This document shows positions 1 to 8,116 of a stretch of 32,000 nucleotides of DNA, in pieces (position 1 is the first letter of the stretch; each line of letters begins with the position of its first letter). The stretch comes from Wolbachia endosymbiont of Drosophila innubila (lineage in GTDB: Bacteria; Pseudomonadota; Alphaproteobacteria; Rickettsiales; Anaplasmataceae). Location of the stretch: assembly GCF_021378375.1 (NCBI RefSeq), contig NZ_CP076228.1, positions 1 through 32,000 of the forward strand, read 5' to 3'. The notes beneath the pieces were generated by a model that was given only the letters and a program-made list of their open reading frames with translations, did no database searches and was not told the DNA's origin. Position numbers and translations under genes: made by a program.

Positions 1-1383
1 ATGAACTTAACTAGCCCTAAGGTTTCTACTATGTTTTTTGATCAGATTATTACAGTAACGGATCACAATGTTACTTGGGAAAAAATCCAAAATTGTCTTT
101 ATAATCTTTATGGAGAAGCAACATATAATAGCTGGCTGAGTTCACTAAAATTTGTCAGTAGCAGAAATGGGGAAGTTCTTTTATCCGTGTCAACAAGGTT
201 TATAAAAGAGTGGATTACAGTTCATTACATGAAAAAAATATTATCATTATGGCAAAGCGAAGATAAAAGTATACGTTCTATTGATATTCAAGTAATTGAG
301 GAGAGGAATTCAAATTTTAATGTTATACTAAAAAACAGAGAGGAAAGTAATCATAATCTTGGTTCGCCGCTGGATCCAAGGTTCACCTTTGATAATTTTG
401 TAGTGGGAAAGCCAAATGAATTAGCATTTACGGCGGCAAAGCGTGTGGCAGAATCTATAGATCCAATATTAGGCAGCAATCCTTTGTTTCTATATGGTGG
501 AGTGGGACTTGGTAAAACACATCTAATGCATGCTATAGCTTGGCACATAGTCAATTCCCCATCAGCAAAAAGAAAAGTGGTGTATTTATCAGCAGAGAAA
601 TTCATGTACCAATATATTACAGCGCTGCGAAGCAAAGATATTATGTTATTTAAAGAGCAATTTAGATCAGTAGATGTATTGATGGTAGATGATGTGCAAT
701 TTATCAGTGGTAAAGATAGTACACAAGAAGAATTTTTTCACACTTTCAATGCATTGATAGACCAAAATAAACAATTGGTTATATCAGCTGATAGGTCTCC
801 TAGTGATCTTGATGGAGTGGAAGAAAGAATAAAATCACGACTCGGTTGGGGGTTGGTGGCAGATATTAATGAAACAACTTTTGAATTAAGGCTTGGTATA
901 TTGCAGGCAAAAGTGGAGCAGATGAATATGTATGTTCCGAAAGATGTCCTAGAGTTTTTAGCAAGGAACATAAAATCTAATATAAGAGAATTAGAAGGAG
1001 CATTAAATAAGGTTACCCATACCTCATTAATTGGAAGAAGTATGACGGTAGAATCAGCTAGTGAAACCCTAATCGATCTTCTTAGGTCAAATCATAGGTC
1101 AGTCACAATAGAAGAAATACAAAAGAAAGTAGCTGAATTTTTCAATATAAAGGTTGCAGATATGCAATCCAATAGAAGGCTTCGCAGTCTTGCAAGGCCA
1201 AGACAAATAGCTATGTATTTTGCCAAAAAATTTACGCAAAAAAGCCTACCAGATATTGGGAGAAACTTTGGTGGCAGAGACCATGCTACTGTTATACATG
1301 CAGTAAAACAAGTAGAAAATTTTATAAAGACCGACTCAAAATTTGCTGATGAAATCAATCGATTAAAAAAAATGTTTAAGTAG
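1..1383 (+). CDS. dnaA: Chromosomal replication initiator protein DnaA
   Basis: 460-aa ORF. AAA+ Walker A is [10 protein letters not shown] and Walker B is VLMVDDVQF. Sensor and box VII region is present, and the C-terminal DNA-binding HTH reads [11 protein letters not shown]. The window begins exactly at its ATG. Confidence 0.97.
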   Translation: MNLTSPKVSTMFFDQIITVTDHNVTWEKIQNCLYNLYGEATYNSWLSSLKFVSSRNGEVLLSVSTRFIKEWITVHYMKKILSLWQSEDKSIRSIDIQVIEERNSNFNVILKNREESNHNLGSPLDPRFTFDNFVVGKPNELAFTAAKRVAESIDPILGSNPLFLYGGVGLGKTHLMHAIAWHIVNSPSAKRKVVYLSAEKFMYQYITALRSKDIMLFKEQFRSVDVLMVDDVQFISGKDSTQEEFFHTFNALIDQNKQLVISADRSPSDLDGVEERIKSRLGWGLVADINETTFELRLGILQAKVEQMNMYVPKDVLEFLARNIKSNIRELEGALNKVTHTSLIGRSMTVESASETLIDLLRSNHRSVTIEEIQKKVAEFFNIKVADMQSNRRLRSLARPRQIAMYFAKKFTQKSLPDIGRNFGGRDHATVIHAVKQVENFIKTDSKFADEINRLKKMFK

Positions 1384-1410
1384 CGTTTTTAAAATAGCTA
1401 ATAACAAATC

Positions 1411-2685
1411 CTAAAATGAATCGACTATAGTTTTAATCCGTTTAAGTTTAAAATCTTCTGTTAGCTTCGCAGAATACATTTCCTTATTGTGTTGATTATA
1501 GAAGGTAAATTCGTGATCATCTAAATTTAGTATTGCAAAGCCAAAGCCAAAAAAGTTTCTAACCTCGTGTGCTAAGTAGTTTTTACCATTTGAATAGTCA
1601 AATTCTACATTTTGATAAACAGATTCTTGATCTTGAGCGTGTAATGATGCACCACCGTTTCCAACTATAATTTGGTCTGGAACATTATCCATTAATAAAA
1701 TCTGGGCTATATGAATGTGGCCAGAAACTATGGTAGTAACATTGCTTGGAAATTTATCTCCAAAAGCTTCGATTTGTGTAAGATTACCATGGCTTTTTAA
1801 TGTCAAAAATTCTTTTTTTGGAGATCTCCAAAGCGGTTTATGAGTTAAAAACCACATGGGCTTGTCAGAACTATTTTGTATCAATTTATCAAATTGCCTC
1901 TCAAAAGCATCAATTGTGCTTTGGGTTGTAAAAATATCCTCACCGGATGAAGAGTCGAAGATAAAAAATTTCATCGGTCCAGCATCTAAGGACCAACTAG
2001 AAACGAAGTTTCCACATTTTTCAGACGAAAAGGGGTATGAATCTAGATACCTGAACCATCCTTCATAAGCTCTATCACAACTCTCATGGTTTCCACGAAC
2101 AAAAAGGAAAGGGGATTGTGATAAAATATCCTTTGCAGGCTCAAACCAATCAGCGTACCAAACTTCTTTATTATATCCATAAATATCGCCACACTTTTTT
2201 GTATTTCTACATTTTGTTTGTCTATAATGATAATCACCAACATGGATAATTAAATCTGGTTTATGAAGGGCGATTGAATCTAAATTTTTTTTTAAAGGCC
2301 AGCTATCTACCGAATTACATTCCTGCTGAAATAACATATTTATTCTACAGCCCGTGTCACCAATGAAAGCAATTTTATTAACCTTTTTTGGTAATATAGG
2401 AACCCGTAGATCCTCAATACTAATGTTTTTGGCACTTGTTTGTACTGTCAGTTCACAAACTGTTTCGTTATGACCACCATTGTTAATTAAGCTGCGATTC
2501 AGCATTTCTGTTTCCTTGCCATCAACATAAACAATGGGACACATGTCATTGTCCGTAATTGCGCGTATGCTTAGTTTATTTTCTGGGATAACTTGAGACC
2601 ATGTGTATAATATTTGTGCATGGACGAAATGAAAGCTAGTTATAAGAGAGAGAGCTAAAAAAATAAAGATATTAGCTATATTCAT
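1411..2685 (-). CDS. Secreted metallophosphoesterase, purple-acid-phosphatase-like
   Basis: 424-aa ORF. N-terminal signal peptide MNIANIFIFLALSLITSFHFVHA|Q. The five PAP-type metal-binding blocks occur in order: IGDTG, VGDYHY (GDxxY), RGNHES (GNHE), FLTHKP (xxxH), SGHIHI (GHxH). Convergent with dnaA across a 27-nt gap. Confidence 0.8.
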   Translation of the reverse strand: MNIANIFIFLALSLITSFHFVHAQILYTWSQVIPENKLSIRAITDNDMCPIVYVDGKETEMLNRSLINNGGHNETVCELTVQTSAKNISIEDLRVPILPKKVNKIAFIGDTGCRINMLFQQECNSVDSWPLKKNLDSIALHKPDLIIHVGDYHYRQTKCRNTKKCGDIYGYNKEVWYADWFEPAKDILSQSPFLFVRGNHESCDRAYEGWFRYLDSYPFSSEKCGNFVSSWSLDAGPMKFFIFDSSSGEDIFTTQSTIDAFERQFDKLIQNSSDKPMWFLTHKPLWRSPKKEFLTLKSHGNLTQIEAFGDKFPSNVTTIVSGHIHIAQILLMDNVPDQIIVGNGGASLHAQDQESVYQNVEFDYSNGKNYLAHEVRNFFGFGFAILNLDDHEFTFYNQHNKEMYSAKLTEDFKLKRIKTIVDSF

Positions 2686-2803
2686 TTGTATAAAAACCTA
2701 AGTTAAAAATTAGTAGTAAGGTTATCTTAAATGATTAAAATTTATAATCACAAAATTCATAATCAAATTATACAAACAATTTCTAAATTATTCTAGTATC
2801 AGA

Positions 2804-2832
2804 TTGACACTCTAGATGAAAAATTCTAAAAT
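2804..2832 (+). promoter_or_regulatory. Candidate sigma70-type promoter upstream of tRNA-Leu and ribA
   Basis: TTGACA (2804-2809), a 17-nt spacer, then TAAAAT (2827-2832). It lies 44 nt upstream of the tRNA-Leu 5' end. In DNA this AT-rich, hexamer matches arise by chance, so this is only a candidate. Confidence 0.35.
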
Positions 2833-2875
2833 GATTAAGTAATTTAAAATAATTATATAAAAACTAGAATATAGT

Positions 2876-2963
2876 GCGGCCGTGGTGGAATTGGTAGACA
2901 CGCAGCGTTGAGGTCGCTGTGGCTCATAAGGCCTTGGAAGTTCAAGTCTTCTCGGCCGCACCA
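2876..2963 (+). tRNA. tRNA-Leu (anticodon GAG), class II with long variable arm, CCA encoded
   Basis: The 7-bp acceptor stem GCGGCCG/CGGCCGC is fully paired. Anticodon stem CAGCG/CGCTG carries loop TTGAGGT, giving anticodon GAG. Long variable arm TGGCTCATAAGGCC. T-loop TTCAAGT. Discriminator A, followed by a genomic CCA (2961-2963). Confidence 0.9.
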
Positions 2964-2992
2964 GTTTTTATCGCTGTTTAATATGGGTAAAA

Positions 2993-4075
2993 ATGTTTAT
3001 AGGAAATCAGAGTAGCAATAAGGTAGAAAGAGCTATCAGCGAAATCAGGCGCGGTCGGCCAATTGTAATATATGATGAAAGTAATTACCTATTGTTTGCT
3101 GCTGCTGAGGCTTTAGAAAGAGATTTATTTAATCAATACAAGCTTACATCAAGTAATGTATATGTTACTTTAACTTCAAGTAAGGTAAAATACATATCTC
3201 AGAATAAAGAACATAACAGCAAACGTCTGTTGGTGAATAATTTTGATGAACTGCTCTATTTAATAAACTGTTCAAAGGAAGATTGCATAAAAGAGTTGCA
3301 ATGCTCAAAGACAATAGATGAATGTGCTATTGCCTTGCTTAAGTTCTCAGAATTATTGCCATACGCGTTAGTGGCTGATATGACTTTTGAGAATAACCAT
3401 GAAATGCGAAATTGGTGCGAGAAAAATGACGTTATTGCACTGGACACGTCATTCATAAATAATTTTCAAGAAAATCAGGATGTATATGAAGTGTGCAAAA
3501 CATCATTATTTTTAAAACAGACTCAAGAAGTAAATATCATATCTTATAGAACCGAAAGTGGTGGAAGAGAACATCATGCAATTATCATTGGCAATCCAGA
3601 TAAAGATGACGAACCATTAGTGAGAATTCATTCTTCGTGCTATACGGGTGACTTGTTAGATAGCTTGTCATGCGATTGCAGAAGTCAGTTACATCAAGCA
3701 ATTCAAATGATAGCTGACTCTGGAAGTGGTATTATATTGTATTTGATGCAAGATGGAAGAGGCATTGGTTTAACTAATAAGTTAAGAGCGTACAGTATGC
3801 AAAGAGGACATAATCTTGATACTGTTGATGCAAATAGAATATTGGGTTTTGAAGATGATGAAAGGAGTTTTGCTGTTGCAGCTAAAATGCTTAAGAAATT
3901 GAACATTAACAAAATCCAATTACTTACAAACAATGATAGGAAATTGTCAGAATTGGAAAGTAGTGGTATAGGAGTTACAAAGTGTCTACCACTTATTGTG
4001 GAACGTAATAAATATAACGATTCATATATGGAGACAAAGTTTGGTAAATTAGGCCATAGATTAAGAGTTTTTTAG
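2993..4075 (+). CDS. ribA: GTP cyclohydrolase II with a degenerate N-terminal DHBP-synthase-like domain
   Basis: 360-aa ORF. The C-terminal half has the GCH-II zinc motif RIHSSCYTGDLLDSLSCDCRSQL (compare E. coli [23 protein letters not shown]) and LMQDGRGIGL. The N-terminal half resembles RibB (ERAISEIRRGRPIVIYDE) but lacks the acidic DRENEGD loop. Confidence 0.9.
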   Translation: MFIGNQSSNKVERAISEIRRGRPIVIYDESNYLLFAAAEALERDLFNQYKLTSSNVYVTLTSSKVKYISQNKEHNSKRLLVNNFDELLYLINCSKEDCIKELQCSKTIDECAIALLKFSELLPYALVADMTFENNHEMRNWCEKNDVIALDTSFINNFQENQDVYEVCKTSLFLKQTQEVNIISYRTESGGREHHAIIIGNPDKDDEPLVRIHSSCYTGDLLDSLSCDCRSQLHQAIQMIADSGSGIILYLMQDGRGIGLTNKLRAYSMQRGHNLDTVDANRILGFEDDERSFAVAAKMLKKLNINKIQLLTNNDRKLSELESSGIGVTKCLPLIVERNKYNDSYMETKFGKLGHRLRVF

Positions 4076-4147
4076 CTTTTTTGCTGTAACTACTTTGTTA
4101 ATTTGCTATGTTTATTAACATAAGTTAAGATTTTTAGGAATACTAAA

Positions 4148-4828
4148 ATGCTAAGATTTTTTAAGCGAGAAAAAAATACTGAATCCTTAGATAAGGATAT
4201 AAATTGGAATTCAAACCGCTACAGCACAGTTATTGCTCAAAGGAATATTCTACTTTTATTTGCATTAATATTATTAGCAACGATCTCTATCAGCATATTA
4301 GTCATATTTAAAATTAGCACAAGTAGCACTATTGAGCCATTTGTTATAGAAATTGACAAGAAATCAGGAATAGTGCAATTGGTTGATCCTGTCACAGTAA
4401 AACAGTATTCTGCAGATGAAGCGCTAAACGATTATTTTATTTCAGAGTATATAAAAGCAAGGGAGGTTTTTGATCCATATCATTATAATTATAACTATTA
4501 TACAAAGGTGAGGTTGTTTTCCTCACCTGATGTGTATAATGAATTTAGAAATTATGTAGGATCGCAGAATATGGATGATCTTTTTAATTTATATTCAGAT
4601 ACCAAAAGTGAATTTAAAATTCGCTCAATTCAAAAGTTGGGTAACGATGCTCTTCAGGTGAGATTTTTTGTGGAATTTACACGGAAAGATAGAAGTTCTA
4701 CGAGAAAAAATAAGATAGTTATTATGTCATATAGATATGCATCGCTTGAAATGGATGATCAGCAAAGATATATTAACCCATTAGGATTTCAAGTTATTTC
4801 ATATAGAGTAGATGATGAATATGTATAG
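4148..4828 (+). CDS. virB8: Type IV secretion system protein VirB8
   Basis: 226 aa with bitopic layout: a short cytoplasmic N-terminus, one TM helix (ILLLFALILLATISISILVIF) and a periplasmic domain of about 150 aa. It is the first gene of a virB8-9-10-11-D4 series and overlaps virB9 by 17 nt. Confidence 0.88.
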   Translation: MLRFFKREKNTESLDKDINWNSNRYSTVIAQRNILLLFALILLATISISILVIFKISTSSTIEPFVIEIDKKSGIVQLVDPVTVKQYSADEALNDYFISEYIKAREVFDPYHYNYNYYTKVRLFSSPDVYNEFRNYVGSQNMDDLFNLYSDTKSEFKIRSIQKLGNDALQVRFFVEFTRKDRSSTRKNKIVIMSYRYASLEMDDQQRYINPLGFQVISYRVDDEYV

Positions 4829-5615
4829 GATATTATTAGTTTTAGCTTTACTTGTAAGTGGCAATTTAAACGCATCCATTAATTATAATGAGCCTATTTC
4901 TATAGATAGTAGAATAAAGACTTTTGTGTATAGCCCTAATGAAGTATTTACGGTGGTTTTTAGTCAGGGTTACTATTCTTATATTGAATTTGCGGAAGGA
5001 GAAAAAGTTAAAAATATCGCTGTTGGTGATGCATCAAGTTGGAAAATTAATCCTTATGACAATAAATTGCTTATCATGCCATTTGAAGTTAGTAGTCGCA
5101 CTAACATGATTATTACGACAACTAAAAAAAGAAATTACATTTTTGATTTAATCTCAAGGCCAAACTACGATAAATACCCGGATACTGATGCTAAGAAAGT
5201 AGATCACGATTATTCTGCTGAAAAGGATATATCTTACGTAGTACGTTTTTATTATCCTCAAGAAGAAGGTGAATTTGATGTTGATTTAGATGAGGTTTCT
5301 TTACCTACTCAAATGCAATATACTACAGACAAGCTAGAAAAAATAATACAAGAAAATGATACGAAGTACAATTATACATATATTGATGAAGGTGGTAATG
5401 CGGATATAGTTCCGATCGAGTTATTTGATGATGGTTATTTAACCTATTTAAAATTTAGAAATAATAATAAAATACCTCAGGTTTTTGTAGAAGGGGAGGA
5501 TAAACCTTGTAAAAGGCTGTTATTTGATGATTATGTTATAATAAAAGGAGTACATAAAAAGCTATTTATGCGTTATGAAGATGGTGAAGTTGAAATTATA
5601 AATAGGTCACTTTAG
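4812..5615 (+). CDS. virB9: Type IV secretion system protein VirB9
   Basis: 267 aa. Signal peptide MYRILLVLALLVSGNLNA. VirB9/TrbG-like N-terminal block (YSYIEF...IAVGDASSWKI...LLIMP...TNMIITTTKRNYIFDL). Its position is between virB8 and virB10. Confidence 0.88.
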   Translation: MMNMYRILLVLALLVSGNLNASINYNEPISIDSRIKTFVYSPNEVFTVVFSQGYYSYIEFAEGEKVKNIAVGDASSWKINPYDNKLLIMPFEVSSRTNMIITTTKKRNYIFDLISRPNYDKYPDTDAKKVDHDYSAEKDISYVVRFYYPQEEGEFDVDLDEVSLPTQMQYTTDKLEKIIQENDTKYNYTYIDEGGNADIVPIELFDDGYLTYLKFRNNNKIPQVFVEGEDKPCKRLLFDDYVIIKGVHKKLFMRYEDGEVEIINRSL

Positions 5616-5631
5616 CTGTGGTACATGCAAT

Positions 5632-7092
5632 ATGAATAAAGAAAGGCGTAACAATTCAGAAGATGAATCAGAAATAGAGAATAAGGTAGTAACAGTTGGC
5701 TCTAATCAAGGTCATAGGGCATTGATGGTCATTATTTTAGTGCTTCTGGCTGGTGGAGTGTATTATCTCTATTTTAGTCCTTCTCCTAAAGAGGGTTCAG
5801 AAGTTATTAAAAAAGAGGAAACAAAGCAAAACGTTCAAGAATTGAAAGGAAAGTTGGAACAAGTTCCAGATAATGTAATGGTTCCTGAAAGAATAATAAC
5901 TGATCCCTTACCACCCTTACCTCCTCTTCCTACACCACTAATCATACCAGAAATAAAACAAATTAGAAAAGAAGAAGTGATGAAAAAAGAAGAAGAGAAA
6001 CCAAAAGAAACTCCTGTGTCAAATATACCTATTTTGCCAAAGCAAAATTTTCCTTCTAGTAATGTTATGGGCAATTTACCTACCTCGTTTCCTACAATAG
6101 GGGGTGGCGGTTATCCTAGAGACAGACGTAGTGCACAGATGTTGACAATTTCAGGTGGTAGTGGAGAGAACAAGGCTGCTGATGCTATTTTATCCGACAC
6201 TTCAGCACAATCGAGCAAAGCTACCAGAGTAGGAAAGCTTGGTTTAATGATTACTCAAGGTAAAATTATTGATGCTGTTCTTGAAACTGCAATAAACTCT
6301 GATCTGCAAGGAATGCTGCGTGCTATGGTGAGTAGAGATGTTTATGCAGAAACTGGTGATACAGTTTTAATACCTAAAGGCTCAAGATTGATAGGCAGTT
6401 ATTCATTTGACTCGAATGTTGCTAAATCTCGTGTAAATATAAACTGGAATAGAGTGATTCTGCCACATGGAATAGATATTGCAATCTCATCACTTAGTAC
6501 TGACGAGCTTGGTAGAGCAGGAATAGCAGGAATAGTTGATAACAAAATAGTAAGTGCGTTATTCTCTTCGGTGACACTTGCTGGTGTTTCGATTGGTTCT
6601 GCTGTTATAGGGCAAAAGGCTTCTAATCTTGTTGATACGCTAACTGTCAGAGATGCAGTAAAGTCTATCACTGCAACCGAAATAGATTTTTCTTCTCTCC
6701 AACTCATTATTGACCCAGAAAAGAAGATATCTAGTGACAAATGGAAATTAGGCCTTGGGGCTATCGGAAGAATTCGGAGTGCCAAAAGCAGACAAGATTT
6801 ACTAAAAATAATGAAAGAGGAAATAGCAAAAGCACTAGGAATTGAAGAAGACGAGGTAAATATAAGCCTGGAAATTGTAAATCAACTGTTAGAACAAATT
6901 CAAAGAAAAAGCAAGTCTGTTTATGATGAAGCAATCGGGAAATCAATCGAGGATTTTTCTAAAGATATGCGGGATGTAGTGGGCAGATATACAGATAAAA
7001 AACCAACTATTTATGTTGATCAAGGCACTGCATTGAAAGTATTTGTTAACCAAGATATAGTATTTCCTCCACAGGCAATATTAAATCAATGA
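5632..7092 (+). CDS. virB10: Type IV secretion system protein VirB10
   Basis: 486 aa. N-terminal TM helix (ALMVIILVLLAGGVYYLYF), a proline-rich region (DPLPPLPPLPTPLIIPE), and the conserved C-terminal barrel region (VLIPKGSRLIGSY...SRVNINWNRVILPHGIDI). Confidence 0.92.
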   Translation: MNKERRNNSEDESEIENKVVTVGSNQGHRALMVIILVLLAGGVYYLYFSPSPKEGSEVIKKEETKQNVQELKGKLEQVPDNVMVPERIITDPLPPLPPLPTPLIIPEIKQIRKEEVMKKEEEKPKETPVSNIPILPKQNFPSSNVMGNLPTSFPTIGGGGYPRDRRSAQMLTISGGSGENKAADAILSDTSAQSSKATRVGKLGLMITQGKIIDAVLETAINSDLQGMLRAMVSRDVYAETGDTVLIPKGSRLIGSYSFDSNVAKSRVNINWNRVILPHGIDIAISSLSTDELGRAGIAGIVDNKIVSALFSSVTLAGVSIGSAVIGQKASNLVDTLTVRDAVKSITATEIDFSSLQLIIDPEKKISSDKWKLGLGAIGRIRSAKSRQDLLKIMKEEIAKALGIEEDEVNISLEIVNQLLEQIQRKSKSVYDEAIGKSIEDFSKDMRDVVGRYTDKKPTIYVDQGTALKVFVNQDIVFPPQAILNQ

Positions 7093-7093
7093 A

Positions 7094-8086
7094 ATGAACT
7101 ATGCTGCACTTGATACATATTTGGAGCCATTACAAGGCATATTTCAAGAAGAAGGCGTAAATGAAATATCAATAAATAAGCCAAAGGAAGTATGGATTGA
7201 AAATCGCGGTGAAATAAGGTGTGAAAAATTAGAAGTATTCGATCTTAACCATTTGAAATCTCTTGGCAGACTGATTGCTCAAGCTACAGAACAAAAACTT
7301 AGCGAAGAAGCGCCGTTACTTTCGGCAACATTACCAAATGGTTATCGTATACAGATAGTATTTCCGCCAGCATGTGAACCTGATAAAGTAGTCATGTCGA
7401 TTCGTAAGCCTTCTAGCATGCAGTTAGCACTCGATGATTACGAAAAAATGGGGGCTTTTTCTGAAACTGTTACAGAAGCAACTGATAATCCAGTTGACCG
7501 TCATTTGGATTTATTGTTAAGGCAAAAAAAAATAAAAGAGTTTTTAGAATACGCTGTAATAAGTAAGAAAAATATTATAATTAGTGGTGGAACTTCCACT
7601 GGTAAGACTACTTTTACTAATGCTACTTTGCGTGCTATTCCAGATGAGGAAAGAATTATTACTGTTGAGGATGCAAGGGAAATCGTTTTGAACGATCATC
7701 CCAATAAAGTCCATCTAATTGCCTCTAAAGGAGGGCAGGGCAGAGCAAAAGTAACCACTCAAGATTTGATAGAAGCGTGCTTACGTTTAAGGCCAGACAG
7801 AATAATAGTTGGTGAGCTCCGTGGAGCGGAAGCTTTTAGTTTTCTTAGGGCGATAAATACTGGTCACCCTGGATCAATATCAACCCTTCATGCGGATAGT
7901 CCAACAATGGCCCTTGAGCAAATAAAACTGATGGTTATGCAAGCAAACCTTGGCATTCCTCCAGACCAAATTATACCATACATTAGAAATGTGATTGATA
8001 TTGTTATTCAGCTAAAAAGAACCGGTGGGGGCAAAAGAAGCATTTCTGAGATATTATTTACTAGATCTGCGAGCGAAAATGCTTAA
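7094..8086 (+). CDS. virB11: Type IV secretion ATPase VirB11
   Basis: 330 aa. Walker A GGTSTGKTT, Asp box/Walker B (RIIVGELRG), His box (TGHPGSISTLHA). The start lies 1 nt after the virB10 stop. Confidence 0.95.
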   Translation: MNYAALDTYLEPLQGIFQEEGVNEISINKPKEVWIENRGEIRCEKLEVFDLNHLKSLGRLIAQATEQKLSEEAPLLSATLPNGYRIQIVFPPACEPDKVVMSIRKPSSMQLALDDYEKMGAFSETVTEATDNPVDRHLDLLLRQKKIKEFLEYAVISKKNIIISGGTSTGKTTFTNATLRAIPDEERIITVEDAREIVLNDHPNKVHLIASKGGQGRAKVTTQDLIEACLRLRPDRIIVGELRGAEAFSFLRAINTGHPGSISTLHADSPTMALEQIKLMVMQANLGIPPDQIIPYIRNVIDIVIQLKRTGGGKRSISEILFTRSASENA

Positions 8087-8116
8087 ATTTATACATAAGT
8101 TAAGGAAGAGTAGTTT

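Noticed and set aside
1-2900. A replication origin next to dnaA (DnaA-box cluster).
   Set aside because: I find no cluster of TTATCCACA-like boxes in the sequence flanking dnaA. Only isolated 7/9 matches occur, such as TTATCCGTG inside dnaA near 178 and TGTGGATTT near 17594. The region upstream of dnaA lies outside the window. As far as I recall, the Wolbachia oriC has been placed elsewhere on the chromosome, so no call is made.
351-8000. Numerous 60-130-aa ORFs antisense to or nested in dnaA, the phosphoesterase gene, ribA, virB10 and others (for example 351-635, 738-971, 1092-1358, 5835-6074, 6399-6785).
   Set aside because: All overlap longer ORFs that have unambiguous family signatures. 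Their translations lack motifs and have skewed composition typical of non-coding frames.
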